Shown: positions 34,704 through 43,232, counted from the stretch's first letter. The stretch: DNA of 64,000 nucleotides from an uncultured Lachnospiraceae bacterium (GCA_964490165.1 CAZBAR010000004.1:12917-76916), one strand, 5' to 3'. The notes: generated by a model from the sequence alone, not told the origin. Numbers and translations: made by a program.

Positions 34704-36686
34704 TCAATTATTCAGCGGATATCGGGCGGGCATCAGTATATGATACAGCAGGTAAACTGCGTCTCTGTCATCAACGGCGTCATCATTGTTGAAGTCGTAA
34801 GCCTCGTCGGGAACGTCAGTTTCTTCAAGGTAGTTCATAAGGGCTGTTACATCCTTCGTGTCTACATATCCGTTGCCGTCAATATCTCCGGGTATCGCAG
34901 GTACATAGTCTGGGTCGGGCTCTCCGCATATGCTGCAAACGCCGTTTACGAAATCATGCTCGCATACAGTCTCGCTCAAAAGCTCTTCAAGCGCGTTGCC
35001 GAGCGCTGTTCTTGTTTCGTAATAATCCTTGTCGGAGGTAGAGTAGCTGACCATTCCTGTGGTCATGACCTTGATATACTTGTCTGCTGCTCCTTCTCCC
35101 TCTGCTTCTTCAAGCATATGGAACATCTGATAGTCCTCAATGCCGTCGCGCATAGCCTCAAGACGCAGGCTTCCTACGGGAACATCCAAACCGTATTTTG
35201 CACCGGGATATATCAGTATCGATTCTCCGTGGGCGTTGGGGTAGGCAGAGTTGGTAATGTTGTTTGCATAAGGATCGCGGCAGTCACCCAAATAGAAGTT
35301 TGCAAAGTTGTATAAAAATCCCTCAACTCCGTGGTCATACTGCTGCCAGAAAAGAATTCTCTGCGCTACGCCGTCAGTCTGCATATAGTAGTTGATATAT
35401 GGCGCTTCGCTGTCCCAGGAGATAAACCACCAGACCTTGTCGCCGCGCTCCTTCATCTCCTCCATACGCTCCTCAAAGGTGCCGTATTTGCTGTCCCATT
35501 TGGTAGGCTGCAAAAGCTTTGCACCGGAAACCGACAGCTCAGACTTGTCAGTATACGCAAAGGTCTTTACGCACCAGTGATTGATAAAGTCCTTGTAAAA
35601 CTCTATCTGGTCAATAACGGTGCCGTCCTCAAGGGTGTAGTCAATGTCGTTTATATAGGTCGTTATAAGACTGAAGGCATGATCCGAATAGTCGGGCTTG
35701 AGCTTATCCAGTGTTGAAGACATAATGTTGTAGTAGTCCTTCAGCGCATCAAGCTGAGCGGGGGTATCCGCATCAACTATGTTTGAAAAATGATAAGCCT
35801 TGTCAAAGCGATGTGCATTTTCCTCTCCGTTGTAATACTTGTATACAGCCTTCATATATGAATAGTCGGTTGCGTGAGAGGGAGGGCCGGCAAATTCGGT
35901 GTCACCCTGAAATGCTGTAACTCTCGGATTGTCCATATACAATGTAGCTGCTCTGGTAGTAAGCGATACGGGAAGGTAGTATGCGCAAACTCTGTTTTCC
36001 AAAAGGTAATCATAGTATGATTTGTACAGAACGTCAGTTTCTACGCCGCCGTTGCCGTATGCGTTGTTTGAAAGGTATTGGAAGCTCAGATTCATGCTGG
36101 TGGCGCAGGCGGTCTCGTCAGATAGTGCAAAATCCCACACGTGGGCGGATACTGCGGCGCATTTTACTGCTTTGCCGTCGGAGTCGCGCACTGTGAGCAT
36201 AGCTTTGTAGTCGCCTGCAACAGTGTCCGCGGTGGAGGTGAGCTTTATCAAAAACGCCTGACTTTTTCCTGCTGCAAGATCAAATGCCCCGTATGCAGAG
36301 AGGGGCGGGATGGCGTCGGGAACATTGCCGAAGGAGCCGCAGTCGTGGTACAGCTCAATAAATATCTCGGCTTCAAGCACGTTGCCGTCTGAGTCCTTGA
36401 ACTCGCCAAGCTCCGCGCTCATACCGCTTTTATTGCTGTCAGAGGAAAGGACGAACTGAATATCCTCGATCTCGTTTTTTGCCATGTACGCGGTAAAGCT
36501 CTCCATGCCGGTGTCCGACGTGTCACTGTCGGAAATTTTTTCACTGGCGTAGTCGAACCACAGATGAATGCTGCTGTCCTCATATTCTGCGTCAATATGA
36601 GCGGCGTCGGCAGTGCCTGTGCCGGAAATGCATATGGCGCAAAAGACCGTGCAGATCACAAGCGCAGCAGAAATAAATTTTCTCAT
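34704..36686 (-). CDS. secreted DUF4091 (GH123-like) protein with C-terminal dockerin
   Basis: 660 aa with a signal peptide. DUF4091-type region (GFLYNFANFY..GESILIYPG..LEAMRDGIEDYQ). C-terminal dockerin loops DIDGNGYVDTKD and DFNNDDAVDDRD. Confidence 0.8.
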   Translation of the reverse strand: MRKFISAALVICTVFCAICISGTGTADAAHIDAEYEDSSIHLWFDYASEKISDSDTSDTGMESFTAYMAKNEIEDIQFVLSSDSNKSGMSAELGEFKDSDGNVLEAEIFIELYHDCGSFGNVPDAIPPLSAYGAFDLAAGKSQAFLIKLTSTADTVAGDYKAMLTVRDSDGKAVKCAAVSAHVWDFALSDETACATSMNLSFQYLSNNAYGNGGVETDVLYKSYYDYLLENRVCAYYLPVSLTTRAATLYMDNPRVTAFQGDTEFAGPPSHATDYSYMKAVYKYYNGEENAHRFDKAYHFSNIVDADTPAQLDALKDYYNIMSSTLDKLKPDYSDHAFSLITTYINDIDYTLEDGTVIDQIEFYKDFINHWCVKTFAYTDKSELSVSGAKLLQPTKWDSKYGTFEERMEEMKERGDKVWWFISWDSEAPYINYYMQTDGVAQRILFWQQYDHGVEGFLYNFANFYLGDCRDPYANNITNSAYPNAHGESILIYPGAKYGLDVPVGSLRLEAMRDGIEDYQMFHMLEEAEGEGAADKYIKVMTTGMVSYSTSDKDYYETRTALGNALEELLSETVCEHDFVNGVCSICGEPDPDYVPAIPGDIDGNGYVDTKDVTALMNYLEETDVPDEAYDFNNDDAVDDRDAVYLLYHILMPARYPLNN

Positions 36687-36929
36687 AATATATCTCCCGT
36701 ATTTGTTTTATTATAAATATTATACAAATTTTGCGCTGCCGTGTCAATGAATACAAGGGAATTTGTCAGAATTGCCGAAGGCAAAATGTGTTGCCTCAAA
36801 ACAAAAAGCAGAGATCCTTTTTTTACTGAATATTTGGAGCTCGAACAGAGAAAGTGACTTCAAATTTTTACGATTTTTACGGTGCTAAGCTTATTTTTTA
36901 TCAGGTAAAACCAAATGTTATATACAATT

Positions 36930-38078
36930 TTATTCAAAAATTACCTTTATATATCTGTTTTTGCCGCGGCTGACGATTATTTCGCTCTGATCGATTGTCA
37001 CGGAGGGATCATCAACTGTTTTTCCGTCAAGCTTAATACCGCGTCCTGCGATCAGACGGCGCGCTTCGCTTTTAGAGGCTGCAAAGCCGACTGTGCACAG
37101 CAGTTCTACAAGATCGCTGTTTTCTTTAGGCAGTGTCACTGCTTCGACCGTTTTCGGAATAATTCCTCCTGCCACGCTTCTGTACCTGTTTTCCGCAGGT
37201 GCGACCGCATCATTGCCGTGGTACATACGGACTATTTCGCGGGCGTATACAAAATGTGCGTCACGGATGTCTTCCGGCACATTCTGCAATTCTGTGGTAA
37301 GACGGATATAATCCGGCAAAACAGAATCCGGCACACGCATACATTTCTCAAACATAACTTCTGCCGGTTCGTCCAGCCCGACATAATTATCGAGTGATTT
37401 GCTCATCTTTTCTGTACCGTCCAACCCGACTAAGATCGGAAAGGTAATTACGACCTGAGACTCCTGTCCGTAGTCCTTCTGAAGATCTCTTCCGACTAAT
37501 AGGTTGAATGTCTGATCAGTTCCGCCTACCTCTATATCCGCATTCAGCGCAACGCTGTCGTATCCTTGCATTAACGGGTACAACAGCTCGTGCAGACCGA
37601 TTGCACGACCGGAAGCAAAGCGACCTGCAAAATCGTCGCGTTCCATGATCCGTGCAAGTGTGTACTTTCCTGCAAGCGAAAGAACATCGTCAAAATTCAT
37701 CTTTGAAAGCCACTCGGAATTATATACGATCCGTGTTTTGTCCTTATCCAAAATCTTTGTCACCTGCTCAAAATAAGTTTTTCCGTTTATACGCGTTTGT
37801 TCAAATGTCAGCGGCGGACGCGTTTTACTTTTGCCGGAGGGGTCTCCTATCATGCCCGTAAAATCTCCTATTACAAACACTACTTCGTGTCCCAGATCCT
37901 GAAACATACGAAGCTTGCGCAAAACAACAGAGTGTCCCAGATGAAGGTCAGGTCGACTCGGATCGGCACCGAGTTTGATAATAAGGCGCTTGCCGCTGTT
38001 CAGCTTTTCCCTCAGTGCATCTTCCGAGTAGATCGACACTGCGTCCCGCCTGAGGATCTGAAAAAAGTCGTTGATCAT
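36930..38078 (-). CDS. tyrS: tyrosine--tRNA ligase
   Basis: HLGH (HIGH) and KMSKS motifs, GDFTGMIGDPSGKS, and a C-terminal S4-like domain. Confidence 0.92.
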   Translation of the reverse strand: MINDFFQILRRDAVSIYSEDALREKLNSGKRLIIKLGADPSRPDLHLGHSVVLRKLRMFQDLGHEVVFVIGDFTGMIGDPSGKSKTRPPLTFEQTRINGKTYFEQVTKILDKDKTRIVYNSEWLSKMNFDDVLSLAGKYTLARIMERDDFAGRFASGRAIGLHELLYPLMQGYDSVALNADIEVGGTDQTFNLLVGRDLQKDYGQESQVVITFPILVGLDGTEKMSKSLDNYVGLDEPAEVMFEKCMRVPDSVLPDYIRLTTELQNVPEDIRDAHFVYAREIVRMYHGNDAVAPAENRYRSVAGGIIPKTVEAVTLPKENSDLVELLCTVGFAASKSEARRLIAGRGIKLDGKTVDDPSVTIDQSEIIVSRGKNRYIKVIFE

Positions 38079-38120
38079 GTTAGTTCTCTCCTTTTGAAAT
38101 AAAAAATATAAAAATAAAAA

Positions 38121-38148
38121 GGGACCAAAGCCAAAAAGCTTTGGTCCC
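38121..38148 (-). terminator. intrinsic terminator-like hairpin 40 nt upstream of the tyrS start
   Basis: An 11-bp stem, GGGACCAAAGC-tttttg-GCTTTGGTCCC (minus-strand reading), followed by TTTTTATTTTTAT. It is either the recombinase terminator or a tyrS leader attenuator. Confidence 0.6.
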
Positions 38149-38165
38149 TCTGCCTGAAAAAATAA

Positions 38166-39845
38166 TTAAGGCAAACGCAACCAAAGCCTGTTTCCGTAAT
38201 AATAGGAAGCAGACTTAATGCAGTATGCGTATGCCTTAAAGTTAGTCATATTTATAACCATATCTTTCTTTGAAAGTTGTTTTTTGTTTTTCAGCTTTAG
38301 AAAAGCGAAATCGATCGCTACGTTCGCCGCAGGCGAATTTAGTTGAAAAAGTCCAATGCTTTGCATTGGACTTTTCCCTGGCAGAGCGGAAGTGGTCAAA
38401 TCCGAACCCAAATCCGACTTTTCGATTTCGCTCAGACTGACAGTTTCCGAACCTTCTTTGTAGTTGAATGTAATCACCATTTTGTCATCATACAAATAAA
38501 TGGCATTTACAAAACTATCTATCAGTCTGCGTTTATGATCCAAACGGCGAGTATTAAGTTTGCGGAAACGGTGAAACCAAAAGATGATTTGTTCTTTTGT
38601 GAGCAACGGTTTTGCCATTTCTTCTTTTACGATTTGAATGGACAAGTCATTTTTCTGTTTTTCTAAATCTTCAAGGCGCTGTTTGGTAGACGGAGTAATA
38701 ATCCCCTGCTGAATAGCATTAAGTAGATTATTAATTCCTTTTTGTGTTTCTGCGTATTGTTTATGCAATAACGGAAGTACGGTATTTTCAGTACCTTGGA
38801 TTTCCAATACGGCATCAGCAATTTTTTCGATTATGTCATCATCAAATAATACCTTTTCTATCTGCCGTAGAACAAGATTTTCTATCCAATCCTTTTTAAC
38901 TGTTTTCTTATCGCAACCGCTGTGTTTTTTAACACCTGCACACTTATAATAACGATATATATTTGAAGTTTTGCTTGTACCGCTTTCCCCGACCATAAAG
39001 CGATTACATTTTCCACAATAAAGTTTTGCAGTCAATAAATACTCGTCTTCGGCTTTATGTTTAGCTGGAGCTTTTTTGTTTGCTGCCATACGCTCCTGTA
39101 CTCGATCAAAAAGTTCTTGCGGAACAATAACCGGAATACCGTCTGGTTGTACAATATCACGATACTTAAACTCACCAATATAACGGCGATTATGAAGCAT
39201 TCTTGTTACGCTGTCAATACTGATTTTTCCTCCAAAAGCTGAACGCAAGCCCTTTATATTCATTTCATCGGCAATTTCCTTCATAGATGCGCCTTCGGCG
39301 TAAGCCTTAAATGCTTGTAAAACGGCAGGGGCGGTTAACGGATCAATTTGAAAATGTTGTTCGCTGTCAATAGTGTATCCCAAAGGAAGTGTGCCACCGT
39401 TAAATTTGCATTTATAGGCATTTTCCGTAAGCCCACGGATAACCTTTTCGGAAAGCTCAGCAGAATAATATTCCGCCATACCTTCGAGTACTGCTTCCAT
39501 AAGAATTCCTTCCGAACCCTCAGAAATTTTTTCGGTAGCTGATACAACTTTAACACCGTTTTTGCGAAGCACAGCTTTATAGTGGGCGGAATCATAACGG
39601 TCACGGGCGAAGCGGTCAAGTTTCCATACAATGATAAGGTCAAACTTTTTGCTTGCACTATCCTTTATCATTTTCTGAAAATCAGGTCGGTTATCTGTTC
39701 TGGCAGAAAAAGCACGGTCAATGTATGTACCAACGATCTGAATATCATTCTTTTCCGCAAACGCTTTGCATTCCCGCAACTGTCCTTCGATTGACTCCTC
39801 TCGCTGATTATCCGAGGAATAGCGTGCATAGATTACTCCGGTCAT
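38166..39845 (-). CDS. large serine recombinase (integrase)
   Basis: Resolvase N-terminal domain MTGVIYARYSSDNQREESIEGQ, then recombinase and zinc-ribbon region (CGKCNRFMVGESG..YYKC) and a coiled coil. The last ~65 aa look non-native and cross a terminator-like hairpin. Confidence 0.88.
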   Translation of the reverse strand: MTGVIYARYSSDNQREESIEGQLRECKAFAEKNDIQIVGTYIDRAFSARTDNRPDFQKMIKDSASKKFDLIIVWKLDRFARDRYDSAHYKAVLRKNGVKVVSATEKISEGSEGILMEAVLEGMAEYYSAELSEKVIRGLTENAYKCKFNGGTLPLGYTIDSEQHFQIDPLTAPAVLQAFKAYAEGASMKEIADEMNIKGLRSAFGGKISIDSVTRMLHNRRYIGEFKYRDIVQPDGIPVIVPQELFDRVQERMAANKKAPAKHKAEDEYLLTAKLYCGKCNRFMVGESGTSKTSNIYRYYKCAGVKKHSGCDKKTVKKDWIENLVLRQIEKVLFDDDIIEKIADAVLEIQGTENTVLPLLHKQYAETQKGINNLLNAIQQGIITPSTKQRLEDLEKQKNDLSIQIVKEEMAKPLLTKEQIIFWFHRFRKLNTRRLDHKRRLIDSFVNAIYLYDDKMVITFNYKEGSETVSLSEIEKSDLGSDLTTSALPGKSPMQSIGLFQLNSPAANVAIDFAFLKLKNKKQLSKKDMVINMTNFKAYAYCIKSASYYYGNRLWLRLP

Positions 39846-39863
39846 GATATAACTCCTTTTTTC

Positions 39864-40751
39864 TTATAGCAAATCACTTTTTCCGAGGTTACATTTACTA
39901 CATAAGGTCTGTAAATTGTTTATAACGGTTTCGCCACCTTTAGACCAAGGCATAATATGATCAATATGCAAAATTACAGCTGGGTCTTTTGCCGGAGATG
40001 CACCACACATGCAGCATTTAAAATTATCCCTTTGCATAACTTTGAAGCGCAATCGAAGGTTGATTTCTCTGCTCGTCTTGTGGACAACGATTTTGCATTC
40101 TTCGTTGTTTTCAATAGCACTTTTATTCATATCATTTGATTCATCAATAAATGTATCCGAATTTGAGTCACTGTTGATATATTCCACAAACGCTTCAAGT
40201 GCTTTTCGCCAACCTCCAAAACGACGCGCATAGCTTTGTAATGAATATTTTGAAATGCCTTTTTTAATATCCGTTGATGTAGGCTGTCTACCAAGTTCGA
40301 CCCATATTCTCTCAATTTCTTCAAACATTTCTTCATTAGAGAAATTACGATTTAGAATAGGTTTCAAACCTGATAATTCAAGTATCTTATTCCAACCATC
40401 ATATTTTTTCACTAACGTACTTGAAGAGAAAACTCCATTTTGGTCATACTCGTAAGCAGTAATTCCATCAACTCCAAGTTCTTTAGCAACACGACGCACA
40501 TCAGCAATTACTTCATCGTCTGAATACTCACATTTAAAATTATGCCCTGTTGTATTTAGTCCACTTGCCTCTAACGCCTTTTTCCAAGAGCCAAATCTTC
40601 GCCATACGGTAGACGGATGAAAAGAGCCGCTATCTCTATATTCATCCATGGTCAAAGTAGATTTGTTTAGTTTTTTTGCAGTCAGCACTACATCATTTAT
40701 CAAATCTTCATCGGTAGCATTTCTGTGATACTCATTTAATTCAAATTTCAT
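39864..40751 (-). CDS. HNH endonuclease with three N-terminal homing-endonuclease-associated repeats
   Basis: Three ~50-aa repeats each end in RFGSWKKALEASGL, KYDGWNKILELSGL or RFGGWRKALEAFVE. The C-terminal HNH motif is CCMCG..HIDHIMPWSKGG..NLQTLCSKCN. Confidence 0.8.
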   Translation of the reverse strand: MKFELNEYHRNATDEDLINDVVLTAKKLNKSTLTMDEYRDSGSFHPSTVWRRFGSWKKALEASGLNTTGHNFKCEYSDDEVIADVRRVAKELGVDGITAYEYDQNGVFSSSTLVKKYDGWNKILELSGLKPILNRNFSNEEMFEEIERIWVELGRQPTSTDIKKGISKYSLQSYARRFGGWRKALEAFVEYINSDSNSDTFIDESNDMNKSAIENNEECKIVVHKTSREINLRLRFKVMQRDNFKCCMCGASPAKDPAVILHIDHIMPWSKGGETVINNLQTLCSKCNLGKSDLL

Positions 40752-40762
40752 AATGCTTCCTT

Positions 40763-40954
40763 CTATTCTTCATCTTTAGATTGACCGCTGTTGACCCATT
40801 CGTCAATCTCGGAAACTTTAAACTTCCACTTCTTTCCGACCTTATGCGCGGGCATATTTTTCGTAGCGATCCACCGCAGGGCGGTATCTCTACTGATTCC
40901 AAGATATTTCATAATTTCCGGCATGGAATAATAACAATCCGGTATCTCTTTCAT
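40763..40954 (-). CDS. excisionase-family HTH DNA-binding protein
   Basis: MKEIPDCYYSMPEIMKYLGISRDTALRWIATKNMPAHKVGKKWKFKVSEIDEWV, an HTH_17/AlpA-like pattern. Confidence 0.7.
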   Translation of the reverse strand: MKEIPDCYYSMPEIMKYLGISRDTALRWIATKNMPAHKVGKKWKFKVSEIDEWVNSGQSKDEE

Positions 40955-41071
40955 CGTCAGCACCTCTACTTTTTAGTTATCTGTATTATAACACAAAACA
41001 GCGCAAAAGTAAAGTTATTGCATGATATTGTATGGTTTTACTTTATAGATAAAATGAACATTCCAAAGGTC

Positions 41072-41100
41072 TTGACAAAACTTTTGATCTCCAGTATAAT
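41072..41100 (+). promoter_or_regulatory. consensus sigma-70 promoter inside the element
   Basis: TTGACA-17 nt-TATAAT, an exact consensus. No convincing ORF follows for ~440 nt. Confidence 0.55.
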
Positions 41101-41546
41101 AATAACCCAACCAAATAAAACACACATAAGTCTTATGCAGTATCTCGGGCAACGGCTCGATTTGCAACATAAGGCTTATTTTATCCTCTGTCCGTATGTA
41201 CATTGACAAACGCATAAAGAAAATGTAATCCCTGCGCGGATACTGTCAAGGCATACTCATACAGTTTTCATGCAGGGATTTTTACATATCAGTTGAAAGG
41301 AGTTGACGATAAATATGTATGCGGAGATATTCTATCCCGTAGGGATAGGCAAGCATATTGTTTGTATAGACGCCGACCTACCGGCCGCCGCCATACAAAC
41401 AGCTTGTCGGGGCGAACCCCGAACCCCAAAGGAAACACGCAGGGGAAATAAAACGCAGCGGATGAACACCGCTGGTGCGAGTTGTCAGCGGTAATACACC
41501 GTCCGCAGAAAGAGAGGACAAAACTAAAACCGACAACAAAACAAAA

Positions 41547-41840
41547 ATGATCGCTATGCGTTTTCGCGAAAGCGACTACGCGGCGATCAAAAGAAAAGCT
41601 GAAAAAGCAAATATGAACTTCACTGAGTTTGTAACAGCAGCGGCAATGAACAAACCTATTGCCGTCATAAACGGCTTGGAGGATGTACTGAAGGAGCAGA
41701 AAGCCATCGGCAAAAATCTCAATCAGTTGACAACGCTCTGTAATTTGGGGAAGATCGTCTGTCCCGACCTACGGGAACTGAAAGGACAATATACCGATGT
41801 GCTGACCGCACTGAATGAAATCGTCAGGAGGTGTGGTTAA
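41547..41840 (+). CDS. mobC: relaxosome accessory protein MobC
   Basis: MIAMRFRESDYAAIKRKAEKANMNFTEFV..IGKNLNQLTTLCN, a ribbon-helix-helix MobC pattern. The start is uncertain and there is no clear SD site. Confidence 0.7.
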   Translation: MIAMRFRESDYAAIKRKAEKANMNFTEFVTAAAMNKPIAVINGLEDVLKEQKAIGKNLNQLTTLCNLGKIVCPDLRELKGQYTDVLTALNEIVRRCG

Positions 41841-43189
41841 TGGCAACCTTTACTGCAATCCCCGAAAAGACTCAGACTGCAACCGCGATGCGGCGCGTAC
41901 TTGACTATGTGATGCAAGACAAGAAAACTGTAATTGACGGCATCAAACTTGTAAGCAGCCAGAACTGTGTTCCCGAATCATCATACCAAGAGTTTATGAC
42001 AACCAAGCTTCGATACGGTAAAGCGACGGGCGTGTTCTTCAAGCAGTATGTGCAATCCTTTAAACCGAATTGCGGAGCAACGCCGGAGCAGATACACCAA
42101 ATCGGATTGGAAACCGCAAAATACTTTGACGGATTTGAGGTAGTCGTGGCAACACACATTGACCGTGACCACTGGCACAATCATTTTGTTGTCAACTCGG
42201 TCAACTGTGAAACCGGTTTAAAAATTCAAATCAATGAAAAAGGGTTGGAGCAACTAAGGCGACGGTCTGATGAAATCTGTCGGCAGTTTGGTTTGGAAAC
42301 ACTGCAACAGTATCAAAAGCCGAAACAGCGGTCTATGAATCAGCGGGAGTACAGAGCCGCTTTGCGAGGTAACAGCAAAAAGCTGAAGCTGACAAACGCC
42401 ATAGACTATGCGGTAGCTAAAAGCCGGACAAAAGAGCAGTTTATCGAGCAGTTACAAAAGCTCGGATACGGTGTAAAGTGGATCGATCATTACAAATATA
42501 TCACCTACACCACGCCGGGCGGTCAGCGGTTTCGGGATAACCGATTACTTGATGACAAATATTTAAAGAATAATATGGAGGAACTATTTGCTTATGAATA
42601 TGGAACAGTTGAAACAAATCAATCAAATACAGGCGATAACCGATCAGACGGTAGAAGCATTAACAGAACCTATACAGCCGATATATCTGATGCTCAAACC
42701 GGAGCAATACAATCTGTTGGCACAGCACATCTCACAGACTGGGAACGCCATTGTGCAAAGCACGGATTTGATATCCGAACTGCCGACACAGGAGTCGTTA
42801 GACGAAATGATGAGAATGACTGTCAAAGACAATCTGTTTCAGGCACGGAGAATAATGGACGAAAATATGAAGTCGATCCGATATTCGGTCGAGGTAGGGT
42901 CATCGAATCAGACGAACCGTTTGAGAGAGATGATGCATTCCGAGCTGAAGGATATGATGAACGAGCTGAAAGCCAAGGATCTGAAGCCGTGGAAACTCAA
43001 ACTGAAATGGGCTGCGGTTGGAGCGATATTGCCGTCAATGGTCTGTATCTTGCAGCTGATCTTGCGATGATCGGAGGTACGGATAATGACGAACCAAAGC
43101 CTAAATATGTCCGTGAGCGGAAACACAGTCAGATGAAAAAGAAGCAGGATGAGCAAGGTCAAGATAAAGGCTATGAAATGAAAATGTAA
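41840..43189 (+). CDS. relaxase / mobilization nuclease (MobA/VirD2 family)
   Basis: AGGAGG 8 nt upstream of ATG at 41840, with a TAATG overlap onto mobC. His-triad HIDRDHWHNHFVVNSV. The C-terminal half is disordered and acidic. Confidence 0.85.
   Translation: MATFTAIPEKTQTATAMRRVLDYVMQDKKTVIDGIKLVSSQNCVPESSYQEFMTTKLRYGKATGVFFKQYVQSFKPNCGATPEQIHQIGLETAKYFDGFEVVVATHIDRDHWHNHFVVNSVNCETGLKIQINEKGLEQLRRRSDEICRQFGLETLQQYQKPKQRSMNQREYRAALRGNSKKLKLTNAIDYAVAKSRTKEQFIEQLQKLGYGVKWIDHYKYITYTTPGGQRFRDNRLLDDKYLKNNMEELFAYEYGTVETNQSNTGDNRSDGRSINRTYTADISDAQTGAIQSVGTAHLTDWERHCAKHGFDIRTADTGVVRRNDENDCQRQSVSGTENNGRKYEVDPIFGRGRVIESDEPFERDDAFRAEGYDERAESQGSEAVETQTEMGCGWSDIAVNGLYLAADLAMIGGTDNDEPKPKYVRERKHSQMKKKQDEQGQDKGYEMKM
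42588..43070 (+). CDS. overlapping out-of-frame ORF within the relaxase gene; coiled-coil protein with C-terminal TM helix (MobB-like arrangement)
   Basis: GGAGGA-5 nt-TTG start. 160 aa with natural composition (MEQLKQINQIQAITDQTVEAL...KLKWAAVGAILPSMVCILQLIL). Frame is +1 relative to the relaxase. Confidence 0.5.
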   Translation: MLMNMEQLKQINQIQAITDQTVEALTEPIQPIYLMLKPEQYNLLAQHISQTGNAIVQSTDLISELPTQESLDEMMRMTVKDNLFQARRIMDENMKSIRYSVEVGSSNQTNRLREMMHSELKDMMNELKAKDLKPWKLKLKWAAVGAILPSMVCILQLILR

Positions 43190-43232
43190 AGGTGGGAATG
43201 ACCGACAATAATAACAAACGCCGTGTTGCTTT

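Noticed and set aside
38079-38345. A T-box riboswitch upstream of tyrS.
   Set aside because: A T-box is expected for Firmicutes aminoacyl-tRNA synthetase genes. I could not find the conserved T-box sequence (AANNNGGGTGGTACCGCG), an AGAGA/GNUGNA stem I motif or an F-box. Only a terminator and a possible competing pairing are present.
40781-41494. ORFs 40781..41206 (+), 41015..41215 (-) and 41303..41494 (+) in the IME intergenic region.
   Set aside because: Composition is implausible and SD spacing is poor. The region is better explained as promoter, leader and oriT DNA. A small peptide cannot be excluded.
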